51,530 bases of DNA from positions 1-51,530 of the forward strand of contig JBHLOI010000022.1 in NCBI GenBank assembly GCA_048940645.1, read 5' to 3'. The notes beneath the pieces are model-generated. The model was not told the origin of the DNA and ran no database searches. It worked only from the letters and a program-made list of their open reading frames with translations. A program made the translations under genes and the position numbers. Shown here in pieces: positions 21,150 through 30,496 of the stretch (its first letter is position 1; each line of letters opens with the position of its first letter). The stretch is from Promethearchaeota archaeon. GTDB taxonomy: Archaea > Asgardarchaeota > Lokiarchaeia > Sigyniarchaeales > SOKP01.

Positions 21150-23039
21150 TTAACTGATATCTATCTTCTGAAGGTAAAATGTTGATGCTGCTAAACAGAT
21201 TAGTGTAATAGACGAAAGTATTAAAATTATATTTGTAGGCGATAAATCAATACTAGTAATTGTGAAACCAAGCACTTCAGCATATGGAGCTAATATTGTA
21301 CTTAATCCTCCACCACCACTTGAGATCCAAAAACTTCCTAATTTTTCAAAATAGTACGAATAAGAGAAAAGAAGTGGCCATTCATGTTGGGTGAGAATTG
21401 GCAGAAAACTAACTAAGGTAGGTACAATCATCAGGAATAATATTGGCAAGAATATTGCTAAACCTGTCTTTCTAAATAAAGTAGAGCATAATACACTTAA
21501 AGCAACTAATGGAATCAATGTCATTATACCGATTATAAAAATATATCCTCCAATGGAAACTAAATCAGCTACATATGTTTTTTCAACAAATGGTATTCCA
21601 CTAAGCGTAAATGAAATTGATGTAGGAATCATTACAAGTATAATAGTAAACATATATGCCAAAATTTTTCCCCAAAGAAATTCCCATCTCCTTATTGGTT
21701 TACTAAGGAACCAAGATAGTGATCCACTTCGTTTTGCACCTACAATACTACTTGAAGCAAAAACAATCGAAAAAGCAATCCCAAAATATAAAAGGTAAAA
21801 ATTAAGCACCATATTCATTAGAGATCGAATTAGATCAATGTTTATGCCTCCTAACAGTCGATTGAACATTCCAAAGATTAAATAGAGTATAATTCCAGGT
21901 GCTGCTCCGATAATCATAAATATTATAACTTTAAGTTTACTATCAGATAATTCTTTTTTGAAAATAATTCCTATTGAACTGTAATATCCGCGATTTTGTT
22001 GACGACGTAATAATAACAGAGAAATAATTATTAATCCAGCAATTATACTAATTCCAATTCCAAAATAGGTCCATTGAAAAGTAGGATATTCAATTATTTC
22101 TATTGTAATTGTGGATGTATACTTATTTCCAAAACTATCAATGCTTATAACAGAGATATTATGAAAACCAGTTGAATTGAAATTAACCTTTAGACTGCCA
22201 ATATAATTTGCATAAAATCCGGAACCGTTTATCTCATCATAAACTTGACCATCTATCAAGATTTGGAAAGTAATATTCAGATACCCATCAATTATAGGAC
22301 TATCCCATCCGATCCAAGTAAGGTTTATTGAACGTTCAGATGTTTGATACGATGTCTCAAAAGTTAATAAATTCAACGAAATTGGGCCTGTAATATAATT
22401 AAGTGGTAATGCTAAGTCATTAAAAAGTAAGATATTTGAATTATTAATATATGTCATAGAAGAAGATAATCCATTCAGCCATACTTCATTTATCGAAGAA
22501 TTTAAAATTAAGATTTGTCCTGCTAATCCAAACTCATTAAGTTGATCTAATGAACAATCTACTATTGCAAGGTTTGAAGAATCAAATTTCCATATTTTTG
22601 TAAAGGGAGTTTGACTTGAAAGTATATTCAAAGTGGAAGAATCGCGACATTCAATGCTTCCTGTTATTGTAGAATTTTCAATATTCACTCGTGAAAAATC
22701 TGAAATAACAATGTTATTGTTTTCTGTAATGTTTGATCCTTCACCAATATTAAGTGTAGCATTATTAAATGTATATATATTGCCATTAAATGTAGAATTG
22801 ATGAATGTAACGCTTGCATAATCCATTATAAAAACGGTTTCAGTGATAACTGCATCATAAATGGTTTCATTGATAAATCCATCATACAGTATACTCGTTT
22901 TTAAGGAATTTTCTGAATTATCCGAAGTCTCGTTTCTAAATGTAGAGGAATTTTGCATTATTATTGATAATACAAATAGGGTAATAAAGCATATAACGAG
23001 AAGTCTAAATTTTTTCGCTCTTAAATTTTCCTTATTCAA
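21150..23039 (-). CDS. ABC-2-type exporter permease fused to a large extracellular beta-helix/Ig-like N-terminal region
   Basis: Signal anchor, Asn/Ser/Ile-rich beta repeats, a TM, then a 6-TM permease with SGSLSWFLSKPIRRWEFLWGK. Confidence 0.85.
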   Translation of the reverse strand: MNKENLRAKKFRLLVICFITLFVLSIIMQNSSTFRNETSDNSENSLKTSILYDGFINETIYDAVITETVFIMDYASVTFINSTFNGNIYTFNNATLNIGEGSNITENNNIVISDFSRVNIENSTITGSIECRDSSTLNILSSQTPFTKIWKFDSSNLAIVDCSLDQLNEFGLAGQILILNSSINEVWLNGLSSSMTYINNSNILLFNDLALPLNYITGPISLNLLTFETSYQTSERSINLTWIGWDSPIIDGYLNITFQILIDGQVYDEINGSGFYANYIGSLKVNFNSTGFHNISVISIDSFGNKYTSTITIEIIEYPTFQWTYFGIGISIIAGLIIISLLLLRRQQNRGYYSSIGIIFKKELSDSKLKVIIFMIIGAAPGIILYLIFGMFNRLLGGINIDLIRSLMNMVLNFYLLYFGIAFSIVFASSSIVGAKRSGSLSWFLSKPIRRWEFLWGKILAYMFTIILVMIPTSISFTLSGIPFVEKTYVADLVSIGGYIFIIGIMTLIPLVALSVLCSTLFRKTGLAIFLPILFLMIVPTLVSFLPILTQHEWPLLFSYSYYFEKLGSFWISSGGGGLSTILAPYAEVLGFTITSIDLSPTNIILILSSITLICLAASTFYLQKIDIS

Positions 23040-23994
23040 CGTCCTTCAACTCCATGTTTTTATTTTCTTGTTCCAATGCTTTCATAAAAATTTGTTCAAT
23101 TTCTAATCCAGAGGCTCGAAACTCATGAATAACTATATTGTTTTTTAAGGAAATTTCCGCGACAGTCTTCCAGACTTGCTCTAAATTATCAACTTCAATT
23201 ATTAATGAGTCAGGTTGTTCAGTAATTTTTGAAACAATAGGTTCAAGAGATTTACGAATTATATCATTATTAGGGTTAATTCTAATCAATTTTGTTCCTA
23301 ATCTTTCATTTAATTCTTGAATAGTGCCTTCCATAATAAGATACCCTAGATCGATAATTCCAATTGAATCTGCATTCATTTTTTGGATTTCTGGAAGAAT
23401 ATGTGTTGAAATTAACATAGTTTTTCCCTCTTGCCGTAGATCTTTAAGTAAATCAATCATCTGATTTCGACCCAAGGGATCAAGATTAGATGTAATCTCA
23501 TCAAGAATCAATAATTCGGGATCATTCATTAAAGCTTGAGCAATTCCAATTCTTTGTTTCATCCCAGCAGAATATTTTGCTATTACACGATATCTTGCAT
23601 CTGTTAAATCAACGAGTTTCAATAAATATGATATGCGATTCTTTATCTCTTGTTGAGGCATATGAAAAACTGAACCAATAAATTCAAGTAATCTCTCAGC
23701 CGTCATTCCTAAAAAGTATGTAGGATTTTCAGGTACATATCCTATAAGTGTGTGTATTTTAATTTTATCTTTACTGGAAATATCTTTTCCGAATAGTTCA
23801 ATTCGTCCCGATGTTGGATAAAGAGACCCAATTAACATTTTTATTGTTGTGGTTTTTCCCGCTCCATTCGGCCCTAAAAAACCATAGATGCCTTTATGTA
23901 CAGTTATATTCAACTTATTAACAGCAACGGTTTGATTATCAAATATTTTAGTTAAATCAAATGTTTGAATAATTGCACTTTTCATTATAATCAC
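23032..23994 (-). CDS. ABC transporter ATP-binding protein
   Basis: Walker A GPNGAGKTT, signature YSAGMKQR, Walker B LILDE, H-loop STH; overlaps the permease start. Confidence 0.95.
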   Translation of the reverse strand: MIIMKSAIIQTFDLTKIFDNQTVAVNKLNITVHKGIYGFLGPNGAGKTTTIKMLIGSLYPTSGRIELFGKDISSKDKIKIHTLIGYVPENPTYFLGMTAERLLEFIGSVFHMPQQEIKNRISYLLKLVDLTDARYRVIAKYSAGMKQRIGIAQALMNDPELLILDEITSNLDPLGRNQMIDLLKDLRQEGKTMLISTHILPEIQKMNADSIGIIDLGYLIMEGTIQELNERLGTKLIRINPNNDIIRKSLEPIVSKITEQPDSLIIEVDNLEQVWKTVAEISLKNNIVIHEFRASGLEIEQIFMKALEQENKNMELKDVE

Positions 23995-24035
23995 TTATAA
24001 AATTCCTTTGTATATATACTAAACTACTACTGAAC

Positions 24036-24848
24036 TCAATAGTCTTTTTGTATGATATATCTAAAATTTTCATCTTTTAAAATAAAGCACTCAAGAAAAT
24101 TATCATACTTTCTTGTCTCCCATATATTCTCTATATTTTGGATGCCTCTATATAATTTCATTAGAAGCTCTTTATCTACAGCATATTCTTCATGAGAGGG
24201 ATAGAGTTGCAGACTTTCATTCGTCTCAAATTGCTTCATTAATTTATGTAGGCTCTTAAGAATAATTGGCAACTCTTCTTTTACAGGTAAATACATTGAC
24301 CCGTAATGTGCTGTATCTCCTGTAAAAAGTTCTCCTTTATTCGTTATGAGACAAATAGATCCATTGGAGTGGCCTGGAGTGTGAATTATTTTAATTCGAA
24401 TTCCATTTAAGTTAAATTCTTCTCCATCTTTTAATGGTCGAATCTTATTGACGGCAGGAAGTTCAAAATTCATTTCTTTATACAATTCAACGATTTGATT
24501 TGGTGATTCTTTAAGAAATGAAACATCAAATGGAGTAGAAATCTCATGTACTTCATTTTCATGAATATATATCTTTTCAAATTCACTATTACTTCCTCTA
24601 TGATCGAAATGAGAATGAGTGTTTAACACCATAAGCTTCCTATCTCCTATAAGTTTATCAATAATAGGCTTCAAAGGAAATAAACCACTCCCTGTATCAA
24701 TTAATAATGCAATATGATGACCTAACAGTAAAAACATGTTTATATACTTAGTTAAAAATCTAGGTTCAATTTGATCTAACTTTTCCCGAATCACATATAG
24801 ATATTCTTTCTGTTTAATAACCTCATACCAATCTTTACTCGTATTCAT
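24036..24848 (-). CDS. Metallo-beta-lactamase-fold hydrolase
   Basis: LIDTG, THSHFDH, TPGHS, FTGD, PSH. Confidence 0.92.
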   Translation of the reverse strand: MNTSKDWYEVIKQKEYLYVIREKLDQIEPRFLTKYINMFLLLGHHIALLIDTGSGLFPLKPIIDKLIGDRKLMVLNTHSHFDHRGSNSEFEKIYIHENEVHEISTPFDVSFLKESPNQIVELYKEMNFELPAVNKIRPLKDGEEFNLNGIRIKIIHTPGHSNGSICLITNKGELFTGDTAHYGSMYLPVKEELPIILKSLHKLMKQFETNESLQLYPSHEEYAVDKELLMKLYRGIQNIENIWETRKYDNFLECFILKDENFRYIIQKDY

Positions 24849-24852
24849 AATC

Positions 24853-25998
24853 CTAATACTGAATATATTCAGATTTAGTAATAACTTCTACTTTTCCATT
24901 TCGAATCATAACATCATTCTCAAGCCTAGTTCCTCCGACACTTTGCTTGATAATACCAGGTTCAATAGTAAATACCATTCCATCTTGAAATGTTTCTTCT
25001 TTCCAATGTTTTAATGAATACTCATCAGTAGGTTTTCGACCTATTCTTGGTGAATCATGAGTCTTTAACCCTAATCCATGACCTAAAGAATATGGCATTG
25101 TATATCCTTCTTTTTTAAGAATTTGTTCTATTCTATCATGAACCTTCCAAGTAGGTACTCCAATATCAATCATTTCTATCGCAGCTTCATATGATTCAAG
25201 AACTATCCTTAGAATTTTTTCTTGTTCTTTTGATAAATCTCCAAAACTAATAGGGACAGTAATATCAGAATGGTATCCTTTATACCGTGCTCCAAAGTCA
25301 ATTAATGCTAAACCTGGTAGAGCAAATCTCTGGTTGCTTGCATAGGGATGTTGGTGTATCTCATGAGATCGAGAAGAATTCGCAACAAGCGGTTCAAAAG
25401 CTACATCATCTGCTCCATATTCTGCCATTTTTTTCCGGATTAAAAATGCTAAATCATTTTCTGTCTCGTTAGAAGCATTTTCACAAAATTTACGGATATC
25501 TTTAATTGTTTTTGTCCCGATCTGTGCTGCTTTTATTAATTGCTTCATCTCAAATTCACTTTTAGTTGCTCGTAATTCCTGAAGGATTTTACTAATTTGA
25601 ATTGGCTCTTTGAAAAACTGCAGCCCCGGTATTAAATTTTTCATCGTTATAATTGATCCATAAGGAATAAGTTCATGAACTCCTATAGTAATCGAGGATT
25701 TTCTCCATTGGGTTTTTATTACTTCTTTTAAAGTTAAATAAAAATTGTATTTAAAATTACTATAATCTATTATCTCATCCACTTCAGCATGTTTTTCAGC
25801 TAACGAAACATCCCACGGAATTAAAATCGATTCTCCATCTGAGGTCACTAAAAGAAACCCATCTTTGGGATGTCCGGAAAGATACTGTAAATTAATATTC
25901 GTATTATCTTCGAAATCAGATACCATCAGAACATCTATTTGTTTTTCTTGTAAAAATTTTAGGAGCAATTCGAACTTTTCTTTCGTAATTGTACGCAT
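24853..25998 (-). CDS. Xaa-Pro amino/dipeptidase (M24B)
   Basis: DFG...GYHSDIT, GHGLGL..HD, TIEPG, RLEND. Confidence 0.92.
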   Translation of the reverse strand: MRTITKEKFELLLKFLQEKQIDVLMVSDFEDNTNINLQYLSGHPKDGFLLVTSDGESILIPWDVSLAEKHAEVDEIIDYSNFKYNFYLTLKEVIKTQWRKSSITIGVHELIPYGSIITMKNLIPGLQFFKEPIQISKILQELRATKSEFEMKQLIKAAQIGTKTIKDIRKFCENASNETENDLAFLIRKKMAEYGADDVAFEPLVANSSRSHEIHQHPYASNQRFALPGLALIDFGARYKGYHSDITVPISFGDLSKEQEKILRIVLESYEAAIEMIDIGVPTWKVHDRIEQILKKEGYTMPYSLGHGLGLKTHDSPRIGRKPTDEYSLKHWKEETFQDGMVFTIEPGIIKQSVGGTRLENDVMIRNGKVEVITKSEYIQY

Positions 25999-26055
25999 TT
26001 TAAATCCCTTTTTACTTTTATTTTTATAAAAAAATCTACTTAATAATTAAAAAAT

Positions 26056-27138
26056 CTAATTGAGTACGTGTTCTTCAAACATTTTTTTATTGATTTCTAC
26101 TCCTAAGCCTGGTTTTTCAATCGCTTTTACGATCCCTTTTTCAACTTTTATGGGATCTTCAAGAATTTGATACTCTTCGGGGATAAATGGAAATTCCAAC
26201 CAATCGCATCGAGTAGATAAGACAAATTGGAGGTTTGCTGCGAGTATATGTCCAAAACCGAAAATATGTGGTATGCAACGTACACCTTTAACTTCAGCCA
26301 TTGCATCAATTTTTTTGCATTGTAAGAATCCCCCACTGCGAGTAACGTCTGGCTGGACAATATCATAGCAACCTTTGGTTAGAATATCCTCAAATCTAAA
26401 AATTCCAAAATCATTCTCTCCGCCAGCAATTTCAATAGGAGATTCATCTCTTAATCTTGCTAATCCATTTAGATTATCTGAAGGCATAGGTTCTTCTAAC
26501 CAAGTTAAATGATTTTTTGCACAAACCTTTGCTATTTTCAATGCTTCAGTTACAGTGAGATAGGTAGAATTAGCATCAACCATAAGATGTAAATCTGGAA
26601 ATGCATCTCTCACTTCTTCAATAATTTTTTCAGGTTTTCCTCCTCTTCCTCCTATCCTTAATTTAACACCAGTAAACCCACCTAAATCCAAAGCCGATTG
26701 AACTGCTCCAACTGCAGCTTTTGGTTTATATCCGCGGGGCATTGAAGCGTAAGCTCTAACATTATTTTTCATTCCTCCTAAAAGACGATAAATAGGTTTT
26801 CTCGAAGCCTTACCGATTATGTCCCATAAAGCTACTTCGATAGCACTGGTTGATTGCATTATTCCAAATGTTACTCTATTTGTATTATGATATAAGGTAT
26901 GGTAGATATCTTCAACCATAAATGGATCTTTATTCAATAATAATCCTCTTAATGCTTCATCTATGAACACTTTTTGAGCAGCATTACTTAAATTCCAGTG
27001 AGCTAAAGCCCATCCTTCAATCTCTTCATCAGTTTTAATATTAATATACAGTCCAGTTGCTTTAAAGGGAGGCATTGCTCCAAGTTTAAATTTAAAATCA
27101 AGTGATAATACATGAGTTTTAACATCTGTTATTATCAT
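26056..27138 (-). CDS. Mandelate racemase/muconate lactonizing enzyme family (enolase superfamily)
   Basis: ALWDIIGK, KxR (KLR), VDAN, EEP, GEN, QPD, PH, PGLG. Confidence 0.92.
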   Translation of the reverse strand: MIITDVKTHVLSLDFKFKLGAMPPFKATGLYINIKTDEEIEGWALAHWNLSNAAQKVFIDEALRGLLLNKDPFMVEDIYHTLYHNTNRVTFGIMQSTSAIEVALWDIIGKASRKPIYRLLGGMKNNVRAYASMPRGYKPKAAVGAVQSALDLGGFTGVKLRIGGRGGKPEKIIEEVRDAFPDLHLMVDANSTYLTVTEALKIAKVCAKNHLTWLEEPMPSDNLNGLARLRDESPIEIAGGENDFGIFRFEDILTKGCYDIVQPDVTRSGGFLQCKKIDAMAEVKGVRCIPHIFGFGHILAANLQFVLSTRCDWLEFPFIPEEYQILEDPIKVEKGIVKAIEKPGLGVEINKKMFEEHVLN

Positions 27139-27241
27139 TTTTCTATTTCACTTAAATTTTTAAGATATTATTTTAATTAAATTTTTACAAGAGGAAGTAT
27201 TTAATTCTTTAGAATAAAAGAAAATTTAGATTTGGTCTCAA

Positions 27242-28291
27242 TTGTCTAAAACACCAAAATCCTTAAATGAAAAAAATCCGCTCGAAGAATTAGCAGTAGT
27301 TTATGTTTTATATTTTGATGAAGCTCAAGGACATATTCCATTACTTATATTTCCTGATGATAGTTTTAAGGATGATAAAAACTATATGAGACCAATCCGT
27401 TATCATCCAATTTGGTTTCTAGGAATTGATGAACAAGAGGCTCTAGATCATATAGATCTAGAATTTAAGGGGTATACTTTCTTTGGTAAAAAGTTCCTAA
27501 CAAAATCAAAAAGAAAAAAAAGAAGAGCAGGTCTAGAAGAGGAAACCCCTGAAACAATAGTAATTATTTTATCATTACCTAACAAACTTGAAGTCTTTGG
27601 AGATGATTTGATCAGAGAAATAACAGACCAGATCAAGAAGAATTTCGAAGAAAAATTATTCCTAATTATCGAATCTGAGATATTACAAAACGCTATAATT
27701 AAATCTCCACAAATTAAGAAAATTATTCAAGAAGGAAGCTTAGAAAAAGCAAAATTAAGAGATTTAATTGAGAAGATCAATGATCATTTCTTTACCAATG
27801 TTATTAAACAGTCAGATACAAGATCAATAAAGATGCAAAAAGCAATTGCTTACTTAGCATTAAAAGGAATAGACGTAGCTCATATTGATACTAAGGATTA
27901 TAAGGATTCCTTTTCAAGTATTCAATTATTTGATCCTTCGAGTATCTCTGAACCCCGTTATATTAAAAGAGGAGTATTTTCAATTATCAAGGCAGAAATC
28001 ACCGAAGATAGTGAAGAATTAGAAATTTTAGTAAGAAATAACAATGAAAGCAAAATGAATAATATTAATATAAAAATAACACACGTTAAAGAGTATTTTG
28101 AAAAGGAAGTAATGAATCAACATATTGATATCTGGTTTCCTAAAGAAGAACTTTTATTTATTTCTCCAATTATACCTCATATTAATGAATATTTGTTTTT
28201 TATTGTTGAAGAAAAGAGTAGTGAAAGATTACTTTCTCAGAGAATTGATTTAAATGTATTAAAAAAGATTAAAATAAAAAGTATAAGGTAA
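27242..28291 (+). CDS. Hypothetical protein with N-terminal uDENN/longin-like domain and C-terminal beta-sandwich
   Basis: VVYVLYFDEAQGHIPLLIFP opening hairpin and a beta-beta-alpha-beta-beta-beta-alpha pattern; TTG start. Confidence 0.6.
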   Translation: MSKTPKSLNEKNPLEELAVVYVLYFDEAQGHIPLLIFPDDSFKDDKNYMRPIRYHPIWFLGIDEQEALDHIDLEFKGYTFFGKKFLTKSKRKKRRAGLEEETPETIVIILSLPNKLEVFGDDLIREITDQIKKNFEEKLFLIIESEILQNAIIKSPQIKKIIQEGSLEKAKLRDLIEKINDHFFTNVIKQSDTRSIKMQKAIAYLALKGIDVAHIDTKDYKDSFSSIQLFDPSSISEPRYIKRGVFSIIKAEITEDSEELEILVRNNNESKMNNINIKITHVKEYFEKEVMNQHIDIWFPKEELLFISPIIPHINEYLFFIVEEKSSERLLSQRIDLNVLKKIKIKSIR

Positions 28292-28297
28292 AGTTTA

Positions 28298-28789
28298 ATG
28301 ACAGTTGAAAAATTAACCAAAGATGATATAATTATCAGAAATTATAGAACTTCTGATTATATGGCAACATTAGGAATCCTAAAAGAGCTACAAGATCAGT
28401 ATGATATTGGTTTAGATGAAAAAAAATGGAAAGAATCATCTGGATTGAGGCAATTTAAACCCAATCTAAAGCGCATAACCCTTGTAGCAGAATTAAAATC
28501 TACGGGACAAGTTGTATCAATGGGTATGTTAGAAGCCGTTAAGAATAATTTAGGGCAATATATTGGGTATTTGAATAGTTGGGCTACTACAAAAGAAGTT
28601 ATTGGAAAAGGAGTTGGAAATATCTTAGCTGATAGAGCGATACAAATTCTAAAATCATGGGGCTGCGAATCTGTAAGAATTAATATGGCGTATGATATGA
28701 AGAACTTAGAGTCTTTAATTAGTGTTTTTGGAAAGGTAGGATTTAAGCCAATTATAATTGTTTTAGAGAAAAGGTTTGAAAATTTATAG
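28298..28789 (+). CDS. GNAT family N-acetyltransferase
   Basis: IIIRNY start, acetyl-CoA motif VIGKGVG, C-terminal FGKVGF. Confidence 0.8.
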   Translation: MTVEKLTKDDIIIRNYRTSDYMATLGILKELQDQYDIGLDEKKWKESSGLRQFKPNLKRITLVAELKSTGQVVSMGMLEAVKNNLGQYIGYLNSWATTKEVIGKGVGNILADRAIQILKSWGCESVRINMAYDMKNLESLISVFGKVGFKPIIIVLEKRFENL

Positions 28790-29038
28790 GATGTTTTTTT
28801 TCGAAATAATAATAGAATTAAAATTAGTAATTAAATTTCTTAGATAACTTAGATTTTAAAAGTTTTCTTTTATCTTCTTGCCACATATATCTTATTTCTA
28901 CTACAAATATGTGGAATAACGTTCTTTTTAGTTAAAAGTGATGATCGAATTCTATTAATCGTTATTTGGAAATTTCATAAAACATATTTATTCTTTAAAA
29001 TTCAATTTCATATAATAAAAATTTTTAATTATAAAAAA

Positions 29039-30490
29039 GTGGTTAAAAAAATGATTGGAATTAAATCTTATGGTGCGTATTTACCTAAGTATTTATTACC
29101 CAGAGAATCAATAGGCAAGGCATGGGAATTTCCTATCGTCCCAGGCACAAAAGCAGTAGCAATGGCAGATGAAGATAGCCTTACCATGGCAGTTGAAGCA
29201 GGATTAGATTGTTTAGCAGGGATTAATCCTAAATCAATAGATGGTCTGTTTTTTGCATCTACTACACAAGTTTATACAGAAAAAGATTCTGCTTCATTAA
29301 TTTCTACAGTTTTAGATATGAGGGAAGATATTATAACCGCAGATTTTACTGATTCATTAAAAGCAGGTACAACGGCAGTTACTCGAGCTGTAGACACCAT
29401 AAAAGCTAATAAAGACATCAAAAGTATTCTTGTTATTGCTGCAGATACTCGAGCTCCTGAACCATCTACTATGTGGGAATATGGTTTTGCAGATGGTGCT
29501 GCTGCATTACTTATTGCAGATGAGGATAACACTCCATTATCAATTGAGGATTATTATTCTGTTTCAGCAAATGTAACAGGTCCTTGGAAAAGAGCAGATA
29601 AAGATAAATTTATTAGGACTTTTGAACCAAAAATGGATGCTAAATTTTATATTGAAAATATCACAAAAGTAATGGCTGAAGTATTGAAAAGAAACCACCT
29701 TAAACCTGAGGACATAGGTGCAGCTGCATATTATTATAGTAATCCTAGATTACATGGAAGAATTGCTAAAATAATGAAATATCCCGGGGGAGTTGCTCAA
29801 AATAGTCTATTTTTTCAAGTGGGTGATGTAGGTACACCAATGCCATTCATGCTCTTGATAGGTGCTTTAAGAAGACCGAAAGAAGATTCTAAAATTGTTA
29901 TGGCTGGTTTTGGTGATGGAGCAGATGCGATTTTAATGCATGTTAGAGATAGGAATGCTTTAAGAGATATTGGAAAAGGTAGGATGGGCTTTTTAGGTCA
30001 TCAAAAATCTATGATTACATTAAAGAATTATAATAAATTCTTGGACTTTAAGCAACTAATTGAAAAAGATAGATACACTAGAAAAAGTTCTGCAGTAACT
30101 ATTTGGAGAGATGCCGCTTCAGTTTATAGATGGTATGGAGTTAAGTGCAAAAATTGTGGTACGATCCAATATCCTGATATGCTCCGCTCCTGCTATATAT
30201 GCAGAGCTGATGATCAATTTGAACGGGTAAAACTTGGTTTAAAAGGTTCAATCTTTACATTCACTTTAGATCATTTAGTAGGAGGTACTTATTTAGATAT
30301 CCCTGTGCCTAGATGTGTAGTTGATCTTGATGGTGGTGGAAGGGTACTATTAAACATGACTGAAATTGAAAAACCTGAAGAAAGTGTAAAAATTGGAATG
30401 AGAGTCGAGCTAACGTTTAGGAAAGAACATGAAGGTGCAGATTTTAAGAATTATTATTGGAAATGTCGCCCTGAAAGGGGGAGACCATAA
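29039..30490 (+). CDS. Inactive HMG-CoA-synthase-like domain fused to a DUF35 Zn-ribbon/OB-fold (thiolase partner)
   Basis: GIKSYGAYLP, DEDSLTMAVEA, GDVG, FGDGADA; catalytic Cys position reads SLKAG; C-terminal CKNCG...CYIC plus OB fold (VKIGMRVELTFR). Confidence 0.88.
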   Translation: MVKKMIGIKSYGAYLPKYLLPRESIGKAWEFPIVPGTKAVAMADEDSLTMAVEAGLDCLAGINPKSIDGLFFASTTQVYTEKDSASLISTVLDMREDIITADFTDSLKAGTTAVTRAVDTIKANKDIKSILVIAADTRAPEPSTMWEYGFADGAAALLIADEDNTPLSIEDYYSVSANVTGPWKRADKDKFIRTFEPKMDAKFYIENITKVMAEVLKRNHLKPEDIGAAAYYYSNPRLHGRIAKIMKYPGGVAQNSLFFQVGDVGTPMPFMLLIGALRRPKEDSKIVMAGFGDGADAILMHVRDRNALRDIGKGRMGFLGHQKSMITLKNYNKFLDFKQLIEKDRYTRKSSAVTIWRDAASVYRWYGVKCKNCGTIQYPDMLRSCYICRADDQFERVKLGLKGSIFTFTLDHLVGGTYLDIPVPRCVVDLDGGGRVLLNMTEIEKPEESVKIGMRVELTFRKEHEGADFKNYYWKCRPERGRP

Positions 30491-30496
30491 AGGAGG

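Noticed and set aside
28894-28944. ATTTCTACT (Cas12a-repeat-like) and GTGATGA (box C)
   Set aside because: Single occurrences: no repeat-spacer array, no cas gene, and no box D (CTGA) at a suitable distance
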